Assembly: GCA_004560375.1 (NCBI GenBank)
Contig: SFVC01000012.1
Location: 9,542-73,541, forward strand
DNA length: 64,000 nucleotides
Direction: 5' to 3'
DNA from: a bacterium
Lineage (GTDB): Bacteria > Bacillota > Clostridia > Oscillospirales > Oscillospiraceae
Below are positions 40,953 to 49,663 of the stretch, in pieces. Below the pieces are notes generated by a model. The model did no database searches, had not been told where the DNA came from, and saw only the letters and a list, made by a program, of their open reading frames with translations. Numbering within the stretch: the stretch's first letter is position 1; each line of letters starts with the position of its first letter. The translations under genes were made by a program, and so were the position numbers.

Positions 40953-40965
40953 GGGGGACTTAACT

Positions 40966-41391
40966 ATGTGGCTGAGCGGACAGCAGAAGCGGCCCGCCGA
41001 CTTCGGCGAGGGCCAGACCGGCATCGTCACCATGAGCGGCGGCGAGACGGCGGTGCTGCTGGATCGGGAGCGGCGGGGGCTGGAGGTGTACGCCCCCGGC
41101 GGCTACCACTGGACGCCCCAGACGGGGCAGCGGGCGCTGGTGATCCAGGGCCGGGGGGAGATCCCCTGCGTGGTGGGGGTGCGGCAGGGGGGCGGCACCC
41201 CGGATTCCGTGGATATCGGGGCCAAATCCGTGGAAATCAACGGGCAGAGCGTGTCCATACAGTCGGAGGGGACGGCGGCAGTAGGGGGCGGCGGGGTGGA
41301 TCTCCAGGGGGACGTTTTTGTGAACGGGGTACCCCTGCCGGAGTACATCGCCCGGATTGTGGCCGGACTGCTGGGAGGAGGCGGAGCATGA
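40966..41391 (+). CDS. Baseplate central spike (gp45/gpV-like)
   Basis: OB-like N-terminal part (PGGYHWTP), beta-repeat C-terminus (SVEINGQSVSI, DLQGDVFVNG). Confidence 0.62.
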   Translation: MWLSGQQKRPADFGEGQTGIVTMSGGETAVLLDRERRGLEVYAPGGYHWTPQTGQRALVIQGRGEIPCVVGVRQGGGTPDSVDIGAKSVEINGQSVSIQSEGTAAVGGGGVDLQGDVFVNGVPLPEYIARIVAGLLGGGGA

Positions 41392-41738
41392 GCCTGAAGC
41401 TGGTAAACCGGGACTATGTGCCGGACGGCAACGGCGGCGTGGCCGTGGCCTCGGACGGGGACGAGCTGGTGGGCGAGGCCCTGTTCCGGCTGACGGCCCG
41501 GCGGGGGAGCTTCCCGTTTTTGCGGTCGCTGGGCAGCCGGATGCACCTGCTGCGCCGGGAGCGGCCCTCGGAGTGGGACAGCCTCGCCCTGCAATACGCC
41601 GTGGAGGCGCTGGAGGATATGGAGGGCGTCCAGGTCACCGGGGCGGCGGCGCGCCGGGACGGGGACGGCCTGCTGGTGACGGTGGAGCTGCTGTGGCAGG
41701 GGACAACCCTGCCGGTGGAGGTCAGGCTGGAGGGATGA
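41388..41738 (+). CDS. Baseplate wedge/sheath initiator (gp46/gp25/XkdS-like)
   Basis: LTARRGSF...LGSRMHLL...YAVEAL. Confidence 0.68.
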   Translation: MSLKLVNRDYVPDGNGGVAVASDGDELVGEALFRLTARRGSFPFLRSLGSRMHLLRRERPSEWDSLALQYAVEALEDMEGVQVTGAAARRDGDGLLVTVELLWQGTTLPVEVRLEG

Positions 41739-41742
41739 GCAT

Positions 41743-42891
41743 TTGATTACGTTAGAGGAGATCTACGCGGGGCTGGCGTCGGAGTTCCAGACCCGGACGG
41801 GCAAGACCGCCGGGGCCAGCAGCGAGCTGGCGGTGCGGTTCTACGCGGTGGCGGCCCAGATTTATGCCCTGTACGCCCAGGGGGAGTGGACGCGGCGGCA
41901 GTGCTTCCCCCAGACCGCCCAGGGGGAGGATCTGGACAAGCACGCCCAGATCCGGGGCGTCACCCGCCGGCAGGCGGCCAAGGCCGGGGGCACGGTGCGC
42001 TTCTACGTGGACGAGGCCCAGGAGGCGGAGGTGGAGATACCGGTGGGAACGGTGTGCATGACCGCCGGCGGCGTGCGGTTCGTCACCACCCAGGCGGCGG
42101 CGGTGGCGCCGGGGGCGCTGTACGCCCAGGCGCCCGTGGAGGCCGTGGAGGCCGGGGCGGCGGGCAACGTGGGGGCGGGCGCCGTTGTGTATATGTCCCT
42201 GCCGCCGGTGCGGATTGTGGCCTGCGCCAACCCGGAGCCCTTCACCAACGGGCTGGATCAGGAGGGGGACGACTCCCTGCGGGAGCGGGTGCTGGCCACC
42301 TACCGGCGGCTGGCCAACGGGGCCAACAACGCCTTCTACCGCCAGGCGGCCATGTCCTTCCCCGAGGTGGTAGCGGTGACGGTGCTGCCCAAGAACCGGG
42401 GGGTGGGGACGGTGGATATCGTCCCCGCCGCCCGGGGAGGGGTGCCCAGCCAGGCGCTGCTGACGGAGTTGCAGAGCTATTTCGACCAGGTGCGGGAGAT
42501 CGCCGTGGACGTGGAGGTGAACGCCCCCACGGTGGAGACGGTGAACCTGTCGCTGAAGCTGTGGGCGGAGGAGGGCCGGAACTTTGACGACGTGTCGGAG
42601 GCGGTGGAGGACGCCCTTACCGCCTGGTTCAACGGGGAGCGGCTGGGCAAGCCCCTGCCCCGGGCCCAGCTCACCAGCCTGGTGTTCGCGGTGGACGGGG
42701 TGGAAAACTGCCAGATCCTCCAGCCGGGGTCGGATCTGGAGCTGAGCAACGTGACCCTGCCGGTGCTGGGGACGGTGACCATCGCCAACGGGGCGGCGGC
42801 GGAGACGGCCCCGGAGCCGGAGCTCCCCGCGGAGAGCGAAACGGAGCAGGAGGAGCCCCAGACCGGGCAGGGTGAAGAGGTGAGCGGATGA
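41743..42891 (+). CDS. Baseplate J/gp47 (XkdT-like)
   Basis: FPQTAQGEDLD, EAVEAGAAGNV, GLDQEGDDSLRER, RGVGTVDI. Confidence 0.9.
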   Translation: MITLEEIYAGLASEFQTRTGKTAGASSELAVRFYAVAAQIYALYAQGEWTRRQCFPQTAQGEDLDKHAQIRGVTRRQAAKAGGTVRFYVDEAQEAEVEIPVGTVCMTAGGVRFVTTQAAAVAPGALYAQAPVEAVEAGAAGNVGAGAVVYMSLPPVRIVACANPEPFTNGLDQEGDDSLRERVLATYRRLANGANNAFYRQAAMSFPEVVAVTVLPKNRGVGTVDIVPAARGGVPSQALLTELQSYFDQVREIAVDVEVNAPTVETVNLSLKLWAEEGRNFDDVSEAVEDALTAWFNGERLGKPLPRAQLTSLVFAVDGVENCQILQPGSDLELSNVTLPVLGTVTIANGAAAETAPEPELPAESETEQEEPQTGQGEEVSG

Positions 42892-43475
42892 TCTACGAGG
42901 ACTACCTGGCGGCGCTGCTGCGGCCCCTGGGCGTCTACGACCTGCGGGCGGGCACGGTGAACCGGGGGGAGCTGGGGGCCTACGGCAAGCGGCTGGATCA
43001 CATGGAGCAGGAGCTGGAAGACACCGCCCGGGAGATGAACCTGGCCACCGCCCGGAGCTTCGGGCTGGAGCGGGTGGAGGAGCTGCTGCCCTACCGCCCG
43101 GTGTGCAACACCCCGGGCCAGCGGAGGGCGGCGCTGGCGGCGCTGCTGCGGATCGGCGGGGACAGCTTCACCCCCGCGGCCATCAATGATACCCTGCGGG
43201 GCTGCGGCCTCAACGCCCGGGCGGAAGAAGGGAATCAGCCGGGGTATGTGAAGGTATACTTTCCCGATGTGGCGGGCATTCCCGAGGGATTCCAGGAGCT
43301 GCGAACCATCATTGAGGAGATTCTGCCCAGCCATGTGGACGTGACCTATGTGTTCTGGTACAACACCTGGGCCATGGCGGCCCAGCGGCACCCCACCTGG
43401 GGACACGCCCAGGCTACGGGGCTGAGCTGGTACGGCGTCGCCACCGAGAACGACGGGGATCTGGACTGGCCGTGA
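42888..43475 (+). CDS. Baseplate wedge protein (YmfQ/XkdU/gp48-like)
   Basis: TARSFGLERVEELL, RRAALAALL, IIEEILPSH, YNTW. Confidence 0.78.
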   Translation: MIYEDYLAALLRPLGVYDLRAGTVNRGELGAYGKRLDHMEQELEDTAREMNLATARSFGLERVEELLPYRPVCNTPGQRRAALAALLRIGGDSFTPAAINDTLRGCGLNARAEEGNQPGYVKVYFPDVAGIPEGFQELRTIIEEILPSHVDVTYVFWYNTWAMAAQRHPTWGHAQATGLSWYGVATENDGDLDWP

Positions 43476-43480
43476 GGGAG

Positions 43481-43522
43481 AGGGGCTGGTGTGCGCGGAC
43501 GGTGCACATCAGCCCCTTTTTT
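43481..43522 (+). terminator. Intrinsic terminator closing the phage-like operon
   Basis: aggggctggtgtgc/gcacatcagcccct hairpin followed by a T run. Confidence 0.85.
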
Positions 43523-43565
43523 ACGGACAGGCCCAAAAAATTTTTAGGAATCTTACAAAAAGGGG

Positions 43566-43594
43566 TTGACAAATTAGGGAGTCTATCGTACAAT
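43566..43594 (+). promoter_or_regulatory. Near-consensus SigA promoter
   Basis: TTGACA-17 nt-TACAAT with an A/T-rich upstream element. Confidence 0.8.
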
Positions 43595-43599
43595 ACAGA

Positions 43600-43902
43600 C
43601 AGAAAGGAAAAGGTGAGTCCAATGTACTAACGTAGAACGCACCAACCTCTTTCTGCGATTGGGGAACGCAAAGTGAGACGAAGTCTCAGCCGTTCCAAAC
43701 ACGCTTACGCAAGCGACGGAAGCCAGATTAAGTCTGAAGCCTACCATTGTTTGAGGAAACGAGGAGAAGCAGTTTCAGGCGCAGCCCCAACGCAAACCAT
43801 CCGGCAGGGCCGGAGGAAAGGAATGGTACAAGCCCTTGGACAACAAAACTCAGAAGTAGGCCCCCAGCCGCGGAATAGGACGGCTGGGGGCCTGGTGTTT
43901 TT
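43600..43902 (+). ncRNA. Candidate structured small RNA (~300 nt)
   Basis: Bounded by a SigA promoter and a 13-bp hairpin + T run (43858-43902); many short hairpins and long-range complementarities; no credible long ORF. Confidence 0.6.
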
Positions 43903-44005
43903 GGAGGGCAGGCATCGATCCGCTGGGCGGTGCTTTTGATCAAGGGGAACATGGAATAGAACTGGTGCGGCTCCATAGAACTGGGCGGAGAAAGGGGAGG
44001 CTGGG

Positions 44006-44353
44006 ATGTTTCATGAAATCACGATTTATGAGGCGAAGATTGAGAAGCAGGAGGAAATAGAGGCTTTGATGAAGGAGGTTGCCGCGTTCTATCGCGCGCA
44101 GCCCGGAGTGGTGGAGGTAACATACATCAAGCGGACGCACCGGCAAGCGGATTTTAATGCGGTCAGGGAGGGAAAGCCGCCCATCCGCCTGACAAAATGG
44201 GTGGGGAAGGTTACCTATATGCTGCATTGGATACTGGAGGACGAGGAAGCCCATGCCCGGGCTTCGAGGCTTGGATTGGAACGTTTTTATAAACGATGGA
44301 ACCGCTGCTTGATTACAATGCCCAAAATTTTGTTGGGGGAGGAGATCGGATAG
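44006..44353 (+). CDS. Hypothetical 115-aa protein (possible dimeric alpha/beta-barrel fold)
   Basis: GGGGAGG SD; coherent ORF; slightly lower GC than the host genes. Confidence 0.6.
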   Translation: MFHEITIYEAKIEKQEEIEALMKEVAAFYRAQPGVVEVTYIKRTHRQADFNAVREGKPPIRLTKWVGKVTYMLHWILEDEEAHARASRLGLERFYKRWNRCLITMPKILLGEEIG

Positions 44354-44556
44354 GGGAATTTGGCGGGGCGACAATCCGCCGGAGGGTGCGTTCCCCTTCT
44401 TCACGAAAATTTAAAGGGCCGAACAGGCAAAAAGGCTTGCAAATTGGGAAATAGTTTAGTATCATAAGATGTGATACCCAGACGGGCACCTAACAACGAT
44501 TCCAGGCGCTTTCGGGGCAGACATCCAGGCGCAGAACAGATACAGGAGTGAAAACT

Positions 44557-45579
44557 ATGTTTGCAAGAGATATCGGCATTGACCTGGGCACCGCCAGCGT
44601 GCTGGTCTATATCAAGGACAAGGGCATCGTCCTGCGGGAGCCGTCGGTGGTGGCGTTGGACAAGAACACCGGCAAGCTGCTGAAGGTGGGCACCGAGGCC
44701 CAGCAGATGCTGGGCAAGACCCCGGGCAACATCGTGGCCATCCGCCCCCTGCGGGAGGGCGTGATCTCCGACTACGACATGACCGAGCGGATGCTCCGGG
44801 AGTTTATCCGCAAGGTGTCCCCCGTCCACCTGTTCAAGCCCCGGGTGGTGATCTGCGTGCCCTCCGGCATCACCGAGGTGGAGGAGCGCGCCGTCATCGA
44901 CGCGGGCATCCAGGCCGGCGCCCGGCGGGTGTACCTCATTGAGGAACCCCTGGCCGCCGCCATCGGCGCAGGGGTGGACATCACCCAGCCCGACGGCCAC
45001 ATGGTGGTGGACATCGGCGGCGGTACCGCCGACATCGCGGTGATCTCCCTGTCCGGGATTGTGGAGTCCGCCTCCATCAAGGTGGCGGGCGACGCCTTCA
45101 GCGAGGCGGTGGTGAAGTATATCCGCAAGCGGCACAACGTGCTCATCGGCGACCGCACGGCGGAGGAGCTGAAGATGACCATCGGCTGCGTGTTCCCCCG
45201 GCCGGAGGAGATCTCCATGGAGGTCAAGGGCCGCTGTCTCATGACCGGCCTGCCCCGGGTGTTCTCCGTCACCTCCAGCGAGATGATCGAGGCCTTCGAG
45301 GAGCCCTGCTCCCGGATTTTGGAGGCCGTCCACGGGGTGCTGGAGCGCACCCCCCCCGAGTTGGTGGCCGATATCTCCAGCAACGGCATCATCATGACCG
45401 GCGGCGGCTCGCTGGTGTGGGGCTTCGACAAGCTCATCGAGTCCCACACGGGCATCGAGACCTTTGTGGCGGACGACGCCATCTCCTGCGTGGCCAACGG
45501 CACCGGGCGCAGCCTGGAGTGGGTGAACGAGATGCAGGACGGAACCATGAACATCTCCCGCAGCAGGCAGATGCTTTAA
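44557..45579 (+). CDS. mbl: MreB-like cell-shape protein
   Basis: MFARDIGIDLGTA, PSGITEVEERAV, DIGGGTAD, MTGGGS; the N-terminus resembles Mbl more than MreB. Confidence 0.85.
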   Translation: MFARDIGIDLGTASVLVYIKDKGIVLREPSVVALDKNTGKLLKVGTEAQQMLGKTPGNIVAIRPLREGVISDYDMTERMLREFIRKVSPVHLFKPRVVICVPSGITEVEERAVIDAGIQAGARRVYLIEEPLAAAIGAGVDITQPDGHMVVDIGGGTADIAVISLSGIVESASIKVAGDAFSEAVVKYIRKRHNVLIGDRTAEELKMTIGCVFPRPEEISMEVKGRCLMTGLPRVFSVTSSEMIEAFEEPCSRILEAVHGVLERTPPELVADISSNGIIMTGGGSLVWGFDKLIESHTGIETFVADDAISCVANGTGRSLEWVNEMQDGTMNISRSRQML

Positions 45580-45772
45580 GAATCCAAACAACGGGAGGGG
45601 GCTTCTTCCGAAGCCCCCTCCTTTCGCGCCTTTTCGCGTGGCCGGGGCCTTGACTGCTCCGGCCCTTTTGCGGTATACTATAAAATTAGGGATTGGATGC
45701 GCCCCCTGCAAATTTTTACCATTTGGCTTCCCCGGGGGCGCGGACACACTATGGGTTTAGGCAGGTGCAGAC

Positions 45773-47761
45773 ATGGCGAAGTCCACATCGAAACAGCAGT
45801 ACGGTAACGACTCCATCTCCGCCCTCAAGGGGGCCGACCGGGTGCGGAAGCGCCCCGGCGTCATCTTCGGCTCCGACGGGCTGGAGGGCTGTGAGCACGC
45901 CGTCTTTGAAATTTTGTCCAACGCCATCGACGAGGCCCGGGAGGGCCACGGCGATCTCATCACCGTCACCCGGTACGAGGACAAGTCCATCGAGGTGGAG
46001 GACTTCGGCCGGGGCTGCCCGGTGGACTGGAACGAGGCGGAGGGCTGCTACAACTGGGAGCTGGTGTTCTGCGAGCTGTACGCCGGCGGCAAGTACCAGG
46101 AGGGGGGCGGGGACAACTACGAGTACTCCCTGGGCCTCAACGGCCTGGGGGCCTGCGCCACCCAGTACACCAGCGAGTACTTCGACGCGGTGATCTACCG
46201 GGACGGCTTCAAGTACACCCTCCACTTCGAGAAGGGCGAGATCGCGGGCGAGATGAAGAAGGAACCCGCCGACCGGAAAAAGACCGGCTCCCGCTTCCAC
46301 TGGAAGCCCGACCTGGAGGTGTTCACCGATATCGATATCCCGGTGGACTACTACCTGGACATGATCAAGCGCCAGGCGGTGGTGAACGCCGGGGTCACCT
46401 TCCGCTTCCGGAACCAGGAGGGCGGGAAGTTCGACACCACCGACTTCCGCTATGAGAACGGGATCAGCGACTATGTCCAGGAGCTGGCGGGGGAGGACTC
46501 CCTCACCACCCCGGTGTTCTGGCAGGGGGAGCGGAAGGGCCGGGATCGGGAGGACAAGCCGGAGTACAAGGTGAAGCTGTCCGTGTCCTTCTGCTTCTCC
46601 AACCGGGTGCAGGTCATCGAGCACTACCACAACTCCTCCTGGCTGGAGCATGGCGGCGCGCCGGAGAAGGCCATGCGCTCCGCCTTCGTGTCCGCCATCG
46701 ACGGCTGGCTGAAGCAGAACAACAAGTACCAGAAGGGGGAGGCCAAGCTCACCTTCAACGACATCCAGGACGCCCTGGTGCTGGTGAGCAGCAACTTCTC
46801 CACCCAGACCAGCTACGAGAACCAGACCAAGAAGTCCATCACCAACAAGTTCGTCCAGGAGGCCATGACCGACTTCCTCCGCGCCCAGCTGGAGGTGTAC
46901 TTCATCGAGAACCCCCTGGACGCGGAGAAGATCGCCGGCCAGGTGCTGGTGAACAAGCGATCCCGGGAGACGGCGGAAAAGACCCGCCTGGGCATCAAGA
47001 AGAAGCTGTCCGGCTCGGTGGACATATCCAACCGCGTGGCCAAGTTCGTGGACTGCAGAACCCGCGACGTGGAGCGCCGGGAGCTGTACATCGTGGAGGG
47101 CGACTCCGCTCTGGGCAGCGTGAAGCTGGCCCGGGACAGCGAGTTCCAGGCCATCATGCCCATCCGGGGCAAGATCCTGAACTGCCTCAAGGCGGACTAT
47201 GCCCGCATATTCAAAAGCGAGATCATCACCGACCTGCTGAAGGTGATGGGCTGCGGCGTGGAGGTGAAGGATAAGCACGTCAAGGATCTCAACGCCTTTG
47301 ATCTGGATAACCTGCGGTGGAACAAGATCGTGATCTGCACCGATGGCGATGAGGACGGCTTCCAGATCCGCACCCTGCTGCTGGCTATGCTGTACCGGCT
47401 CACCCCCACCCTGATCCAGGAGGGCTACGTGTATATCGCCGAGTCCCCCCTGTACGAGATCACCTGCAAGGAGAAGACCTGGTTCGCCTACTCCGACCGG
47501 GAGCGCAACGAGATCGCCGCCTCCCTGGAGGGGAAGAAGTTCGACGTGCAGCGCTCCAAGGGCCTGGGCGAGAACGAGCCGGACATGATGTGGCTGACCA
47601 CCATGAGCCCGGACACCCGGCGGCTGATCAAGGTGATGCCCGAGGACGTGGAGCGCACCGCCCAGGTGTTTGAGATGTTCCTGGGCAACGACCTCCAGGG
47701 CCGGAAGGATCACATCGCGGACGCGGGCTATAAGTACCTGGAGCTGGCGGATATCTCCTGA
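45773..47761 (+). CDS. Type IIA topoisomerase subunit B (ParE/GyrB family)
   Basis: EILSNAIDE, DFGRGCP, GLNGLG, TOPRIM IVEGDSA, PIRGKILN, DGDEDG, SKGLGE. Confidence 0.9.
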   Translation: MAKSTSKQQYGNDSISALKGADRVRKRPGVIFGSDGLEGCEHAVFEILSNAIDEAREGHGDLITVTRYEDKSIEVEDFGRGCPVDWNEAEGCYNWELVFCELYAGGKYQEGGGDNYEYSLGLNGLGACATQYTSEYFDAVIYRDGFKYTLHFEKGEIAGEMKKEPADRKKTGSRFHWKPDLEVFTDIDIPVDYYLDMIKRQAVVNAGVTFRFRNQEGGKFDTTDFRYENGISDYVQELAGEDSLTTPVFWQGERKGRDREDKPEYKVKLSVSFCFSNRVQVIEHYHNSSWLEHGGAPEKAMRSAFVSAIDGWLKQNNKYQKGEAKLTFNDIQDALVLVSSNFSTQTSYENQTKKSITNKFVQEAMTDFLRAQLEVYFIENPLDAEKIAGQVLVNKRSRETAEKTRLGIKKKLSGSVDISNRVAKFVDCRTRDVERRELYIVEGDSALGSVKLARDSEFQAIMPIRGKILNCLKADYARIFKSEIITDLLKVMGCGVEVKDKHVKDLNAFDLDNLRWNKIVICTDGDEDGFQIRTLLLAMLYRLTPTLIQEGYVYIAESPLYEITCKEKTWFAYSDRERNEIAASLEGKKFDVQRSKGLGENEPDMMWLTTMSPDTRRLIKVMPEDVERTAQVFEMFLGNDLQGRKDHIADAGYKYLELADIS

Positions 47762-47832
47762 TCTGTTTTTCAACGCCGCGGGGCGCGGCGCTTAATGGTA
47801 AGACACACAAGGCACGAAAAGGAGGAACCAAG

Positions 47833-49569
47833 ATGAAAAAACTGACCGCAGTTCTGCTGTCCCTGGTACTGGCGCTGTCGCTGGCGGCAACCGCCTTTGC
47901 GGCTCCCGCCCCGGACGCCGCCCCGGAGGACATCATCCCCATCAGCGGTATCCTGGACGATGCCCTGTGGGCGGGGGAGCGGGCGTACTTGGACGCCCAC
48001 CCCGGTCTGGAGGAGCGGCTCCGGGGCAGCGCCTACGATTACTTTGCCCAGGAGTACCCCTACTATGACTCCCCCGAGGAGTACATGGAGTACTGGGAGA
48101 TGACCGAGGAGGAGTTCCTGGACGAGATGGTGCTGGAGCAGACGTGGGATCTGATCAAGGCGGAAGGGCAGCAGAACCAGATGGACGCCCTGAAGGAGGC
48201 CTTGGGCGGCGTGCCCGGCCAGATCGGCGTGATGCTCAACGGCGAATACGTCCAGTTCCCCGACGCCGCCCCCGAGGTGACGGGGGGCCGCACCATGGTG
48301 CCCGTCCGCCCCATCGTGGAGGCCCTGGGCGGCCAGGCCGGGATGGAGGACGGCAAGGTGATCTGTGAGGCGGACGGGGTTCGCCTGACCTTCACCCCGG
48401 GCGTCAGCGAGGTACTCACCGAGTACACCGGCGGCGAGCTGCCCGGCGACGGGCAGATGTTCCCCATGGACTGCGCGCCTTACATCAAAGGGGGCCGCAC
48501 CTATGTGCCCGTGCGCTTCCTGGGCGAGATCCTGGGCTATGAGGTGGGCTGGGACGGGGCGTACCAGACCGCCCAGCTGGTGAACCGGGAGGCCGTGGCC
48601 GCCAAGTATGACGAAAAGTTCACCATCATGAACCGGGCGCAGGCCAACCAGACCTTTACCCTGGAGGAGGGGAAGAACTACCGCGCCGACCTCAGCGGCG
48701 GCGTGACGGTCACCGCCTTTGACACCCTCCACGGCGACAAGACCTACAAGGCGGATCTCACCGGCAAGGCGCTGATCAACACCCAGGCCGCCAACGGCGC
48801 CTACTCCGTCAAGCTGTCCGACAGCACCGTGGAGGGGCTGCTGGAGCTGATTGAGGCGGGGAACTACACGGCCCTCACCGAGGAGGAGAAGGCCGCCCTG
48901 CGAAGCACCATCCACGGCCTGGAGGAGCTGGAGTTTATCGTGAACCGGAACGGGCTGATGTGGGTTCGCGCCCCCCTGCTGGACGAGCTGATGGAGGAGG
49001 ACAACGTGTGGTACGGCCTGGATCTGGGCGCGGAGCTGGCCCAGGCCATGTTCGGAGAGACGGAGGCGGCCACCATGGGCACTGTCCTGGCCGCCCTGAT
49101 CGACGTGGATTCCGTGGAGAGCTTCCCCACCGCGGTGTCCCCGATGGCCCAGCTGCTGTATGAGCTGTACGGCGACGACCAGTTCACCACCGCGGGCGGC
49201 GTGTCCACCCGCACCATCGGCCTGGAGGAGTTGGCGGCCCTGTACGAGGGCATGGGGATCTACACGGGGGACGTGAGCGACGATTTTACGGAATTTGAAC
49301 TCACCGTGAAGGTGGATCAGAGCGGCAGGGTTACCATGGCCCTGTGCATGGAGACCCCGCGGCAGTACGACGCCCCCGCCATGCGGATCACCATGGATAC
49401 CACCCAGAGCGGCCGGAATGTCCGGCTGACCATGGACTGCCATGTGTCCAACGTGGCCAAGGTGAACCTGACCCTGAATCAGACCTGGAACACCACCACC
49501 GAGGTTCCCGAGGATCAGCCCCCCGAGGGCTCCACCGTAGTGGACGCCGGGACGACGCTGAATCCCTGA
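47833..49569 (+). CDS. Secreted protein with copper-amine-oxidase N-terminal-like (stalk) domain, paralog 1
   Basis: Signal peptide; GRTMVPVRPIVEALG and GRTYVPVRFLGEILGYEVGWDG. Confidence 0.8.
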   Translation: MKKLTAVLLSLVLALSLAATAFAAPAPDAAPEDIIPISGILDDALWAGERAYLDAHPGLEERLRGSAYDYFAQEYPYYDSPEEYMEYWEMTEEEFLDEMVLEQTWDLIKAEGQQNQMDALKEALGGVPGQIGVMLNGEYVQFPDAAPEVTGGRTMVPVRPIVEALGGQAGMEDGKVICEADGVRLTFTPGVSEVLTEYTGGELPGDGQMFPMDCAPYIKGGRTYVPVRFLGEILGYEVGWDGAYQTAQLVNREAVAAKYDEKFTIMNRAQANQTFTLEEGKNYRADLSGGVTVTAFDTLHGDKTYKADLTGKALINTQAANGAYSVKLSDSTVEGLLELIEAGNYTALTEEEKAALRSTIHGLEELEFIVNRNGLMWVRAPLLDELMEEDNVWYGLDLGAELAQAMFGETEAATMGTVLAALIDVDSVESFPTAVSPMAQLLYELYGDDQFTTAGGVSTRTIGLEELAALYEGMGIYTGDVSDDFTEFELTVKVDQSGRVTMALCMETPRQYDAPAMRITMDTTQSGRNVRLTMDCHVSNVAKVNLTLNQTWNTTTEVPEDQPPEGSTVVDAGTTLNP

Positions 49570-49663
49570 GCGATCAAACGCAAGGTCTGTGCCGGCGCAG
49601 TTTTCCCACGCCGCGGGGCGGCGTAACGATAGAAACCCACAAGGCATAAAAGGAGGAACCAAG

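Larger units (their letters stand above)
30436..43475 (+). other. Phage-derived virion structural operon (GTA-like / PBSX-like candidate), 18 co-oriented genes
   Basis: Head packaging, neck, contractile tail and baseplate genes with overlapping or closely spaced start/stop codons, bounded by terminators; no integrase, replication or lysis genes. Confidence 0.85.

Noticed and set aside
30436..43475. Complete inducible prophage, or alternatively a tailocin/eCIS
   Set aside because: There is no integrase, repressor, replication, lysis or att site for a prophage. Terminase, portal and capsid genes exclude a pure tailocin or eCIS.
43600..43902. tmRNA, RNase P RNA, SRP RNA or T-box identity; ORFs 43673-43939 (+) and 43728-43976 (-)
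   Set aside because: No tRNA-like ends, no GAGGAAAGUCC, no SRP tetraloop context and no T-box sequence. The ORFs lack SD sites and host-like codon use and run through the terminator.
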